DNA from: Candidatus Bathyarchaeota archaeon
Lineage (GTDB): Archaea; Thermoproteota; Bathyarchaeia; Bathyarchaeales; Bathycorpusculaceae
Direction of reading: 5' to 3'
Assembly (NCBI GenBank): GCA_963772455.1
Contig: CAVYXJ010000010.1
Span: 128,001-192,000, forward strand
DNA length: 64,000 bases
Shown here: in pieces, positions 47,887 to 57,218 of the stretch
Layout: each line of letters begins with the position of its first letter
Numbering within the stretch: position 1 is the first letter of the stretch
Notes under the pieces: generated by a model
Databases searched by the model: none
What the model saw: only the letters and a program-made list of their open reading frames with translations
Told to the model about the DNA's origin: nothing
Translations under genes and position numbers: made by a program

Positions 47887-49368
47887 ATAGGCTGCGGTAT
47901 CTTTGGCGCAATAAATTATGAAAAACAACCAGTTTTTCCGTATGTTTATTGGGGATTACGTGCCCAAAATCATCGAGGTCACCAGTCACACGGTTTCCTC
48001 ACAAGCAACAATAACGAGTTTTTCACGTACAAAGCCTTAGATTTGGTTCCAAGACTAAAAACAAGTGTCATTCACGAATGGTTCGGTCGCCTACCCGGAT
48101 CCATCGGCATCGGCAATGTACGGTATACAACCTCAGGCAAATGCGACGACGTCTCCATAATAGACGGGACCCAACCAGTTGTCGCCTCCGTAGACGGAAT
48201 AAAACTCGCCCTCTCCTTTAACGGTAACATCGTTAATACTTTGCCGCTCAAAAAAGAAATATGTGAAAACTTCGATGATTTCCTCTACAACTGCGACTCT
48301 GACATCGTTTGCCACAAAATGCTCCTTGCCTTAAAACAAGGTCAAGACTTATCCTCAGCCGCCCGAACAGTCATGGAAAGCTTAGACGGCGCATTCTCAG
48401 TAATTGGTATAACAGGCGATGGTCAATTCTTCGCCTTCAAAGACCCGCACGGCATAAAACCCCTGTGCGCTGGGCATGACCCCGAAACCAAGACATTTGC
48501 GTTTTCCTCCGAAACTGTGAGCTTGGACATGAACAGTTTTGTTAGAGATTTTGAGTTGGAGCCGGGTGAACTTGTTACGGTTTCAGAAAACGGTTTTAAA
48601 CGCACCCAACTTATTGAGAATCCGCGTGAAGCCTTCTGTTGTTTTGAATACGCTTATTTTGCAAGACCCGACTCGCGCTTTGACGGAAAATACGTTTATG
48701 AAATCCGAGAAGATTACGGGAGAAATCTTGTTAAAGAGTTCCCTGAAATCGTCAAGGACGGCGACATCATTATGTCTGTGCCTGAAACTGGCGATGACTC
48801 AGCCATGGGAGTTCATGAAGCTTCAGGTTTACGATGGGAACGCGCATCAAGGCGTCACCGTTATGTTACCGAACGAGCCTTTATTTTGCTTAACAATGAA
48901 CGTTACTCAACTATCGACAAAAAAATTAACATCTTAGGTAGCAAAGTTGCGGGCAAACGAGTTATAGTAACAGAAGACAGCGTTGTCCGAGGCGACACCA
49001 CCAAGGTTATCATAGAAAAACTCCGCAAGGCAGGCGCCAAGAAAGTTTACCTCTTCGTAACTTTTCCACGTATCATCGGACCTTGCTTCTATGGTATTGA
49101 CATGTCAACTTACGGGCAACTCGTCGGTTCCCGACATAATGCTGAGGAAATCGCTAAAATCATAGGTGCAGACGCCGTTTGCTATCAGTCCATTGAAGGA
49201 TTAGTACGTGCTAGTGGCCAAACTGAAGATCAGCTTTGTATGGCGTGCATTACAGGTAAGTATCCGACGCCGTGTGCGCAAAAGATGTCGGACATAATGA
49301 AGAAACGTTTCCAAGATGGATACGAAGAAAAAACAAGAATCTACGAATCCGAAGAAGCTCAGCCGTAA
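47887..49368 (+). CDS. purF: Amidophosphoribosyltransferase (4Fe-4S type)
   Basis: Frame extends 52 codons above the track start to ATA-GGC-TGC (I/M-G-CGIFG, catalytic Cys); HRG, RYTT.G, NGN, FEYAYFARPDS, EDSVVRGDT, PCFYGID, CMAC. Confidence 0.95.
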   Translation: MGCGIFGAINYEKQPVFPYVYWGLRAQNHRGHQSHGFLTSNNNEFFTYKALDLVPRLKTSVIHEWFGRLPGSIGIGNVRYTTSGKCDDVSIIDGTQPVVASVDGIKLALSFNGNIVNTLPLKKEICENFDDFLYNCDSDIVCHKMLLALKQGQDLSSAARTVMESLDGAFSVIGITGDGQFFAFKDPHGIKPLCAGHDPETKTFAFSSETVSLDMNSFVRDFELEPGELVTVSENGFKRTQLIENPREAFCCFEYAYFARPDSRFDGKYVYEIREDYGRNLVKEFPEIVKDGDIIMSVPETGDDSAMGVHEASGLRWERASRRHRYVTERAFILLNNERYSTIDKKINILGSKVAGKRVIVTEDSVVRGDTTKVIIEKLRKAGAKKVYLFVTFPRIIGPCFYGIDMSTYGQLVGSRHNAEEIAKIIGADAVCYQSIEGLVRASGQTEDQLCMACITGKYPTPCAQKMSDIMKKRFQDGYEEKTRIYESEEAQP

Positions 49369-49416
49369 TCGCTATTAAGCGTTCCCTCCAATGTCTTAGC
49401 AGATAGGTGTCTTTGG

Positions 49417-50829
49417 ATGGAAAAAATCGGTGTCCTAGTTGTTTCTTATGGCGCACGAGAAGTTGCCATGGCGGATGCTCTTCTAAGAAGCAAAAAATAC
49501 CAAGTGGAACTCTACGTCGCCGACAAACAATGCAACCCCTACAATGCTAAAAACGCAACAAAACAAGTAGTTATTCCAACCCTAGACATAAACGAAATCT
49601 GCAAGTTTGCAGAGACAAACAAAGACAAACTCGACTTTGTTATGGTTGGCTCCGAGAAACCTATAATCGAAGGAATCAGAGACCTAATCGAGAAACAAAC
49701 AGGTATACCCGTAATCTGTCCAACCAAAGAGTACGCAATTGAGGAGAGCAAGATTGCTCAGCGAATTCTTTTCGAGGAGATAGCGCCCGAAGCGAACCCA
49801 CGGTTTAAAATTTTTCATCCTTCAGATTACAAAGGCAAAGATATTCAAAAATCAGTTTATCAATGGCTGGACGAATTGGACAATCAAGCTGTGGTCAAGC
49901 CCGATAAGCCTGCATTGGGTAAAGGTGTGGGCGTTTGGGGAGACCACTTCGCAAATCGGGAGCAGCTTTTTGAGCATTTCATGTCCAACTTCAAATATGG
50001 TTCAGTTCTAATAGAAGAAAAAATTGACGGAGAAGAATCCAGTTGCATGGGCTTCTGCGACGGCAAACACTTCATTTCCCTGCCTGACACACGCGACTAC
50101 AAACGTGCCTTTGACGACGACAAGGGACCCAACACAGGTGGTATGGGTTCCTATAAAGACGTAGTCGATTACCTGCCCTTCCTCACTGCCTCTGAACGCG
50201 AACAAGAACTTGCGTTAGCTGATAGGGTTTTTAGAGGATGGAAAACAAAAATCAAAGACGACACGGCGCTAAGAGGTGTCCCACTGTACCTTGCCTTCAT
50301 GCACACAGGCAAGGGTATCAAAATCCTTGAAATCAACAGCCGCCCAGGTGACCCCGAAATCATGAACCTTCTTGCAATCATAAAAGAAGACTTCGTCGAT
50401 GTCTGCCTCAAAATGGTCAATGGAAACCTAAATGGTGTTGCAATGGAAAAGTTGGCGACAGTATTGACTTACAAGGTTCCATCAGATTATGGTGGATACG
50501 CTGATGCGTTTCCTGACAAAGTGGATAAACAAGCAGTCAACATGCCTGTTGACCTCGATAAGGCTGAGGCACTTGTCGAAAAATTCGGCGAGAAAATCCG
50601 CGTATATCCTGGCTCTATGGAGCTGCGCGATGGCAAAAACTATGCTCTCAAATCCCGAGCCATAGGTATCCTTGGCATCGGTGGAAGCATCGAGGAAGCA
50701 CGTCAAATCAGTCAGGAAGGAGCTAAAGCAATAACTGGTGGTGCGCTCTGGAACCGAACAGATGTTGCCTCAAAGCAACATATTTCTAAAAGCATTAGGC
50801 ACATGGAGCAGTTGAGGCAAAAGCCTTGA
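49417..50829 (+). CDS. purD: Phosphoribosylamine-glycine ligase
   Basis: GARE.A, IEESK, GKGV, EEKIDGEE.S, DYKRAFD.D.GPNTGGMGS, E.NSRPGDPE. Confidence 0.95.
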   Translation: MEKIGVLVVSYGAREVAMADALLRSKKYQVELYVADKQCNPYNAKNATKQVVIPTLDINEICKFAETNKDKLDFVMVGSEKPIIEGIRDLIEKQTGIPVICPTKEYAIEESKIAQRILFEEIAPEANPRFKIFHPSDYKGKDIQKSVYQWLDELDNQAVVKPDKPALGKGVGVWGDHFANREQLFEHFMSNFKYGSVLIEEKIDGEESSCMGFCDGKHFISLPDTRDYKRAFDDDKGPNTGGMGSYKDVVDYLPFLTASEREQELALADRVFRGWKTKIKDDTALRGVPLYLAFMHTGKGIKILEINSRPGDPEIMNLLAIIKEDFVDVCLKMVNGNLNGVAMEKLATVLTYKVPSDYGGYADAFPDKVDKQAVNMPVDLDKAEALVEKFGEKIRVYPGSMELRDGKNYALKSRAIGILGIGGSIEEARQISQEGAKAITGGALWNRTDVASKQHISKSIRHMEQLRQKP

Positions 50830-51908
50830 CCTGTATCTTTGTTTCCGACTGCGAAGGACCAATATCCAAAAATGATAATGCCTTCGAGTTAGCTGAGAAC
50901 TTTATTCCAAACGGTGACAAATTTTTCACACTCATAAGCCTCTATGATGATGTCTTGGCAGATGCAATCAAGAAACCTGGTTACACTGCGGGCAGCACTC
51001 TCAAGTTGATTTTGCCCTTCTTCAAAGCGTATGGGATAACGGACAGCCAAATGGAAGATTTCTCAACTAATAATATTCTGCTAATCGCCAACAGTAAAGC
51101 AACACTGAACTACATACAAAGAATTGCTGGCTCCTTTATCGTTAGCACAAGCTATGAACACTATATCAAAGCCTTCTGCAAAGCGGTCGATTTTCCACTC
51201 AAAAATGCGTATTGTACAAAAGTGAAACTCGACAAATGTCCCATCACACCCCAAGAAAAGGAGCGCTTAAGAGAGATGGCGCAAGAAATCGCGCAAATGC
51301 CCCCAATCGCCATTCCACCAAACGCTAAAACCATTGAGGATTTTTCAAACCGCGATCAGGCAATTATCAAGCGGTTAGATGAGATTTTTTGGAGTCTAAT
51401 TCCCAAGATGTTTGTTGGCAAGTTTCTCACAGATGTAGTTACCATTGGCGGGGAACATAAAGCCGAAGCCATTCGTGACATAGTCAAACGTTTAGGTAGT
51501 GAGCTGGAGAATGTGTTGTATGTGGGAGATAGCATAACAGATGTGGACGCATTCAAACTAGTACGCTCCAATGGTGGCTTGGTGGTCTCTTTCAACGGGA
51601 ACAGTTATGCAGTAAGGGAAGCTGACGTGGCAGTTCTGTCGGATAGTAACCTTGTTACAGCTGTGATAGCTGATTTGTTCTGTAAGTTGGGCAAAAAACA
51701 AACCCTTAAAGCTCTTGGTTTATGGAGCTATGATGTTCTTAAAAAAAATCAGATAGACGAAGTTTTACTAAAACAGTTATCAACGTTGTATCCTGATGTA
51801 TTGCCCAAAGTTCAAATAGTTACAGCCAAAAATATGGAATCACTAATAAAAGAGAGCAGCGAGTTTAGGAAGAAGGTTCGCGGAGTAGCCGTGGGGAGAC
51901 TTGGATAA
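50826..51908 (+). CDS. HAD-superfamily hydrolase (EhaR-like)
   Basis: FVSDCEGPISKNDNAFEL (motif I variant), VSTSY (II), GGEHK (III), YVGDSITD (IV), SFNGN.YA; TTGA overlap with purD. Confidence 0.8.
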   Translation: MTCIFVSDCEGPISKNDNAFELAENFIPNGDKFFTLISLYDDVLADAIKKPGYTAGSTLKLILPFFKAYGITDSQMEDFSTNNILLIANSKATLNYIQRIAGSFIVSTSYEHYIKAFCKAVDFPLKNAYCTKVKLDKCPITPQEKERLREMAQEIAQMPPIAIPPNAKTIEDFSNRDQAIIKRLDEIFWSLIPKMFVGKFLTDVVTIGGEHKAEAIRDIVKRLGSELENVLYVGDSITDVDAFKLVRSNGGLVVSFNGNSYAVREADVAVLSDSNLVTAVIADLFCKLGKKQTLKALGLWSYDVLKKNQIDEVLLKQLSTLYPDVLPKVQIVTAKNMESLIKESSEFRKKVRGVAVGRLG

Positions 51909-52817
51909 ATGCCTAAAGCAAAAATCGAAGACACTTATGCAGAAGCGTTCACTGGGATTTATTGTCGTGTAATCGTAACTGCGGACGACGAGCCAACGCT
52001 TCGCAAAGCCGCCGAAGACTCCACTGCAACGCCATCAGTAGTGATTGGAAGAACCGAGGGCGGTGTTGAAAAATACCTAACTCCAAGTGAAACACCAGAC
52101 AAACGCATGGGCGCTATATTGCAGTTCTGGGGAGAAATCAACCCAAAAAAAACCTTCGAGGAATCACTGAAAAAGTTTGAAACTGAACTGTCTTATCGTA
52201 TTCGCCAGGATATTCTTGTTAAACCCTTTACGGCAATTTTCGATGCAATGCCAAGGGCTGAGGGCAAGTTAGATATGATGGAGAGTGTGGGGCATTGCGG
52301 CGACGGTTACGAGTGGGTTGAGAAGCGTTATGGCAGGGAAGTCATTGTTGTTCCTTTAATGGTTCCGGACTTTATCATCGAACACTATCTTGGTTACGCG
52401 AAAGGTGTTATGGGCGGCAATTTTTGGATAATGTGCAAATCAAAAGAAGCACTCAAAGAAGCGGGCGCTAGAGCACTAAAGGCAATTCATAAAGTGTACG
52501 GGGTCGTGAACACTTTTGACATATGTTCAGCTGGCTCCAAACCAGAAACGCACTTTCCCAAAATAGGACCCACTACCAACCACCTATATTGTCCATCGCT
52601 CAAATCGCGCTTAGGTAAAGAATCCAAGGTTCCAGAAGGCGTCGGTTACATAGCCGAAGTCGTCTTCGACGGCATTTCTTTGGATGCAGTTAAAGAAGCC
52701 ACCAAAACAGGAATCAAAGCGGTTTTAGAAGTTGATGGTGTTGTGCGGGTTTCCGCCGGCAATTACGGTGGCAAACTAGGCGAATATAAAATCCAATTAA
52801 AGGAGTTATTTCCATGA
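51909..52817 (+). CDS. Formylmethanofuran:tetrahydromethanopterin formyltransferase-like protein (divergent Ftr paralogue)
   Basis: [50 protein letters not shown]. Confidence 0.9.
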   Translation: MPKAKIEDTYAEAFTGIYCRVIVTADDEPTLRKAAEDSTATPSVVIGRTEGGVEKYLTPSETPDKRMGAILQFWGEINPKKTFEESLKKFETELSYRIRQDILVKPFTAIFDAMPRAEGKLDMMESVGHCGDGYEWVEKRYGREVIVVPLMVPDFIIEHYLGYAKGVMGGNFWIMCKSKEALKEAGARALKAIHKVYGVVNTFDICSAGSKPETHFPKIGPTTNHLYCPSLKSRLGKESKVPEGVGYIAEVVFDGISLDAVKEATKTGIKAVLEVDGVVRVSAGNYGGKLGEYKIQLKELFP

Positions 52818-53728
52818 CAAAATTTGATGTAGTCGGTTTCGGGGCACTCAACGTTGACATGCTCTTCAAAGTCGAGCGACTTGCAACTGCGGAAGAAGAA
52901 AGCTTTATTGAAAATTACACAGAAGCTTGCGGTGGATCAGCCGCAAACACAATTGTTGGATTGGCTAGGCTTGGTTGTAAAGTCGGTTTCATAGGCAAAG
53001 TTGCTAACGACCGTGAAGGCCAAATGCAACTTGATTGCTTCCAAACAGAAGGAGTGGACACAGGCGGCATAATTGAGACAACCAAGGGAAGAAGCGGTTC
53101 GGTTATGGGTTTTGTGGACAGAAAAGGTGCAAGGGCTCTCTACATTAATTCAGGCGTCAATGACTTAGTTGAGCTTAGAGAAATTAAATATGAATACATT
53201 TCTCAAACTAAACTCCTTCATTTATCGTCCTTCGTTGGTGAAAAATCGTTCCGTGCACAAAAGAAGCTCTTAAGCGCTTTGCCTGAAGGGGTTGAAATAA
53301 GTTTTGACCCAGGTTCATTGTACGCTCAAAAAGGTTTTGCAGTCATTGAGCCTATCCTTAAGAATTCTCATGTTATGATGCCAAATGCAATTGAACTTGA
53401 ACAATTAACCGGTGAAGAAGATTACCGCAAAGGAGCTGATTTCATGATTGCTATGGGTGTTAAGATCGTGGCTGTTAAGCTTGGCAACAAAGGTTGCTAT
53501 GTAACGGACGGTAATGAAAAGCTTAGTGTAGAACCATTCAAAGTTAAAGCAATCGACACAACTGGGGCAGGCGACGCTTTCAACGCAGGCTTCCTCTATG
53601 GCTTAATCCAAAACAAAAGTCTCTATGAATGCGGTCAATTGGGCAATTTTGTAGCTTCCCGAAGCGTTATGGCAATGGGTGCCCGCGCAGGCTTACCCTA
53701 TGCTAAAGATTTAGCACTTCTTAGTTAG
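52814..53728 (+). CDS. PfkB/ribokinase-family kinase (nucleoside-kinase-like)
   Basis: GGSAAN, LG.....[25 protein letters not shown]; ATGA overlap with the Ftr-like gene. Confidence 0.92.
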   Translation: MTKFDVVGFGALNVDMLFKVERLATAEEESFIENYTEACGGSAANTIVGLARLGCKVGFIGKVANDREGQMQLDCFQTEGVDTGGIIETTKGRSGSVMGFVDRKGARALYINSGVNDLVELREIKYEYISQTKLLHLSSFVGEKSFRAQKKLLSALPEGVEISFDPGSLYAQKGFAVIEPILKNSHVMMPNAIELEQLTGEEDYRKGADFMIAMGVKIVAVKLGNKGCYVTDGNEKLSVEPFKVKAIDTTGAGDAFNAGFLYGLIQNKSLYECGQLGNFVASRSVMAMGARAGLPYAKDLALLS

Positions 53729-54529
53729 CTTGTCGATTATGCTTTGGAAGATTAGTTTTCCATCGCCATACTGGAGCATTTGTTGTTCGCGCGTCCAGTT
53801 GGGTTGTTGCCACCAATACATCGCCCTCTCAGGATGAGGCATCAACCCAAAGATGTTGCCTTCTTTGTTGCAGATTCCAGCAATGTCGTAGAATGAACCG
53901 TTAGGACAGATCGGGTACTTGCCGTCAGCGACTTTGCCATTTTTGTCGCAGTAGCGGAACACCAACATGTCCTCATCGATGAGTTTCTTTAGCAGTGCCT
54001 GCTCTTGTTCTTTTGGAAATAGTAATCGCCCTTCTCCGTGTGCGATTGGTAAGCTAATGACTTTTCCTGGTGGAATTTTGTTTGTAAATAAACATTTACC
54101 TTTGTTTTCTTGTTTGAGGTAGATCCATTCGCATTTGAAACCTGCAGGTTCATTGGTGGTCAATGTGGCTTCTGGGTAGGCGCTCAGTCCTTTGAAGCCT
54201 GGAAGCAAACCGTATTCGACTAGGATTTGGAAACCGTTACAGATGCCCAAGATTGGTCTGCCTTCATCGATGAATTTTCCCATTTCTTTGGCGAGGTTCG
54301 CGGAGAGGTGTCTTGCAAAAATCACGCCTGAACGAACATAGTCGCCGAATGAAAAGCCGCCAGGAAAAACTAGAATACTGTAATCCAGCAGGTTTCGGTG
54401 TTTGATTAACTCGTTAACATGGACAGATTCTGCTTGTACGCCTAGTTCTTGGAAGGCACGCAGGGTTTCTGCGTCGCAGTTGGTGCCGCCGACTCGCATT
54501 ACGCAGACTTTGATTTCTTCGGTGTTCAT
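53711..54529 (-). CDS. purQ: FGAM synthase glutaminase subunit
   Basis: GTNCD.E, PGGFSFGD, GICNGFQ, AHGEG, PNGS, GLMPHPER. Confidence 0.97.
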   Translation of the reverse strand: MNTEEIKVCVMRVGGTNCDAETLRAFQELGVQAESVHVNELIKHRNLLDYSILVFPGGFSFGDYVRSGVIFARHLSANLAKEMGKFIDEGRPILGICNGFQILVEYGLLPGFKGLSAYPEATLTTNEPAGFKCEWIYLKQENKGKCLFTNKIPPGKVISLPIAHGEGRLLFPKEQEQALLKKLIDEDMLVFRYCDKNGKVADGKYPICPNGSFYDIAGICNKEGNIFGLMPHPERAMYWWQQPNWTREQQMLQYGDGKLIFQSIIDKLTKKC

Positions 54530-56913
54530 TGTGGTGCCTCCTCTTGGTTTAAGGTTCTTTTCCAGTTGTGTCTTAGGTTTTCAAGCTTAGCATCAATTGC
54601 GCTTTTTCCATTCAGCCCCGTAATGAGTAGTTTTGGTTCTTTGGTTACTTTGCCGATTAAAGCGCAGTTCTTGCCTTTCATTAGAGTCTCAAAATCTTCT
54701 TTGTCTGCTTCTGCAACTTCGATTAGAAAGCGACTGTTTGATTCTGAGAACAACACAAAATCGTTTCGCGCCATTTCTTTGGCTGGCACTTTGGATAGGT
54801 TTATTTCTAAGCCGTAGTCGCTTGCAAATGCCATTTCGGCTGCTGCTACTGCTAAGCCGCCTTCCGAGAGGTCGTGGCATGATTTAATTAATCCTTCGTC
54901 AATGGCGTCAATAACTGCTCTGAAGGTGCGTTTGGCTTTTGCTCCTTTTACTTTGGGTACGTTTGCGCCAAGGTAGCCTTTGAGTTTGTAGTATTCTGAG
55001 CCGCCTAGTTCGTTGTATGTTTCCCCGATGATGTAGAGTAGGTTGCCGGGGGCTTTGAGTTCCATGGAGATGGTTGATTGAATGTTTGGAATTACGCCTA
55101 CTGCAGTGATTAGAAGTGTGGGTGTTATTGGCCCGAGGGGCGATTCATTGTATAAGCTGTCTTTTCCTGAAATGAACGGTGCCTTAAATGCCACAGAGAA
55201 GTCGAAGCATGCTTGACACGCTCTCACAAGCGATCCCAATCGCTCTGGTTTCTCGGGGTTTCCCCAAGTGAAATTGTCTAGTAGTGAGACTCTTCTTCCG
55301 CCCACTGCAACGTTGTTTCGGATTGCTTCGTCAATGGCTGAAGCTGCCATCCAATAAGCATCAATCTTGCCATAATTCGGGTTCATACCGCAAGAAATCA
55401 CTAAACCCTTCCATGAATCGTCAAGTGGTTTTAAGACGGCGGCATCGTTTGGTCCTGCGTATTCGCCTTGTAGTGGTTTGAGGGTTGTGTTGCCTTTGAC
55501 TTCATGGTCGTAAGTGCGAATTACGCTTTCTTTGCTTGCTATGTTTGGGGCTGCGAGTAGTAGGTGCAAGGTTTCAGTTAGGTTTGATGGTTCTGGGAAT
55601 TCTGGTTCGGTAAAGGTTGTTTTTTCGATGGTTGCTATTTTGCTGCTTGTGCAAGGGTTGAAGAGGAAAGTCATGTTTATGTCGCTGACGGTTTCTCCGT
55701 TGTAGGTGAGTTTTAGTTGTCTCTCTGGTGTTAGTGTTCCGATGGCTGTTGCAATAACGTCTTCTTTTTCGAAAACAGCCATGACACGCTCCAGATTCTC
55801 GCAAGGCACCGTGATTAACATGCGTTCTTGTGATTCTGATAGGTAAATTTCCCATGGTGCCAAATCCGGATGCTTCAAGGGTACTTTAGCTAAATCTGCG
55901 ATTACTCCGCAGTTAAAGCGTTCTGCTGTTTCGCCAACTGCTGAAGATAAGCCTCCGCCGCCAATGTCAGTCACTGCTGAAGCGAGTTGTAGGTCGCGGA
56001 TCTCTATTATTGCTCGTTTAACTTTTTCTTCTTCTATAGGGTCTGCTATTTGGACTGCTGGGCGCGAGACTGTTTCCGATTTCTCGGTTAATTCTGCGGA
56101 TGCGAAGGTTACTCCGTGGATGCCGTCGCGTCCGGTTTTTCCGCCTGCTAAAACTACTATGTCGCCGACTTTAGCGTTTTTTGCATATTTGTTTAGAGGT
56201 AAAAGTCCAATGCAGCCGCAGTATACTGTGACGTTGCCTGTGTAGGATTCGTCGAAGTATATTGCGCCGTTTACGGTTGGGATGCCCATGTTGTTGCCGT
56301 AGGCGCTGATGCCTGCGGTGACACCCATATAAACGTATTTTGGATGTTTAACGCCTGCAGGAAGCTTCTTGTAATCGTAATCTAAAGGTCCAAAACCTAA
56401 GACGTCAGTGCAAGCGATTGGGTCAGCCCATACGCCTAGTATGTCGCGTATAACGCCACCAACTCCTGTTGCTGCGCCGCCAAATGGCTCAATCGCAGAT
56501 GGATGGTTGTGAGTTTCAACTTTTGCTGCTATGCCAAAACCCTTGTCAAACTTGACGATTCCCGCATTGTCTTCAAATACACTTACACACCAAGGTGCTT
56601 TGATTTGTTTGGTGGCTTTTGCAATGTATGTTTTGAAGAGACTGTCGATTTCTTTACCATCGATTTGGATTTTTCCTTTGAAGGTTTTGTGGCAACAGTG
56701 CTCTGACCATGTTTGGCTAATGGTTTGTAGTTCTAAATCAGTCGGATTTCTTTTTTCTTCTTTAAAATAAGCTTGGATGTTGCATAGTTCTTGTTGGCTA
56801 AAACCCAAGGATAATTCGCTGTTGAATTCGGCAAGTTGTTCTTGGGTAGCTTTTGCTATAGCAACTTCTAAAACTGGGCTGGTTTTGCGTTGGGTGTAGA
56901 GGTTAGCGTTCAT
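54526..56913 (-). CDS. purL: FGAM synthase synthetase subunit
   Basis: WSEHC.HK, VETHNHPS, GAATG.GG.IRD, D.GGGG, SESQERM, YDHEV, SGKDSLYNE, HDLSEGG. Confidence 0.97.
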   Translation of the reverse strand: MNANLYTQRKTSPVLEVAIAKATQEQLAEFNSELSLGFSQQELCNIQAYFKEEKRNPTDLELQTISQTWSEHCCHKTFKGKIQIDGKEIDSLFKTYIAKATKQIKAPWCVSVFEDNAGIVKFDKGFGIAAKVETHNHPSAIEPFGGAATGVGGVIRDILGVWADPIACTDVLGFGPLDYDYKKLPAGVKHPKYVYMGVTAGISAYGNNMGIPTVNGAIYFDESYTGNVTVYCGCIGLLPLNKYAKNAKVGDIVVLAGGKTGRDGIHGVTFASAELTEKSETVSRPAVQIADPIEEEKVKRAIIEIRDLQLASAVTDIGGGGLSSAVGETAERFNCGVIADLAKVPLKHPDLAPWEIYLSESQERMLITVPCENLERVMAVFEKEDVIATAIGTLTPERQLKLTYNGETVSDINMTFLFNPCTSSKIATIEKTTFTEPEFPEPSNLTETLHLLLAAPNIASKESVIRTYDHEVKGNTTLKPLQGEYAGPNDAAVLKPLDDSWKGLVISCGMNPNYGKIDAYWMAASAIDEAIRNNVAVGGRRVSLLDNFTWGNPEKPERLGSLVRACQACFDFSVAFKAPFISGKDSLYNESPLGPITPTLLITAVGVIPNIQSTISMELKAPGNLLYIIGETYNELGGSEYYKLKGYLGANVPKVKGAKAKRTFRAVIDAIDEGLIKSCHDLSEGGLAVAAAEMAFASDYGLEINLSKVPAKEMARNDFVLFSESNSRFLIEVAEADKEDFETLMKGKNCALIGKVTKEPKLLITGLNGKSAIDAKLENLRHNWKRTLNQEEAPQ

Positions 56914-57161
56914 TTAATTTCAACAACGCTTATAGTGTAGTTGTCTTTGGTTGGGTTTGCCAAAAGACGTTTGCTCATATCTTCTGCCTTCGCTTTGGCT
57001 TCAGTTAGCGTTGATGCATCAAGAGTCACGGTGTAGACTTTGCTTACGTCGACCGCTTGAACCTTGTAGCCGAGTTCCACAAGTAAACGTGCAGTTGTTT
57101 CGCCTTCCGGGTTGCTATGTCCGGGTTTGAGGCTGACTTCAATTTTGGCAGCGTATTTCAT
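56910..57161 (-). CDS. purS: FGAM synthase PurS subunit
   Basis: V.LKPG..NPEG.T, LG, K, LLANP..D.Y. Confidence 0.93.
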   Translation of the reverse strand: MKYAAKIEVSLKPGHSNPEGETTARLLVELGYKVQAVDVSKVYTVTLDASTLTEAKAKAEDMSKRLLANPTKDNYTISVVEIK

Positions 57162-57218
57162 AAGCCACTAAATTATGATTTGGAATTTAAACGCTTTCGT
57201 AAAGAAAAAAGCAATACT

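Noticed and set aside
50826-53728. Calling the trio part of an Eha energy-converting hydrogenase
   Set aside because: No hydrogenase large, small or membrane subunits in the window; the context is purine biosynthesis
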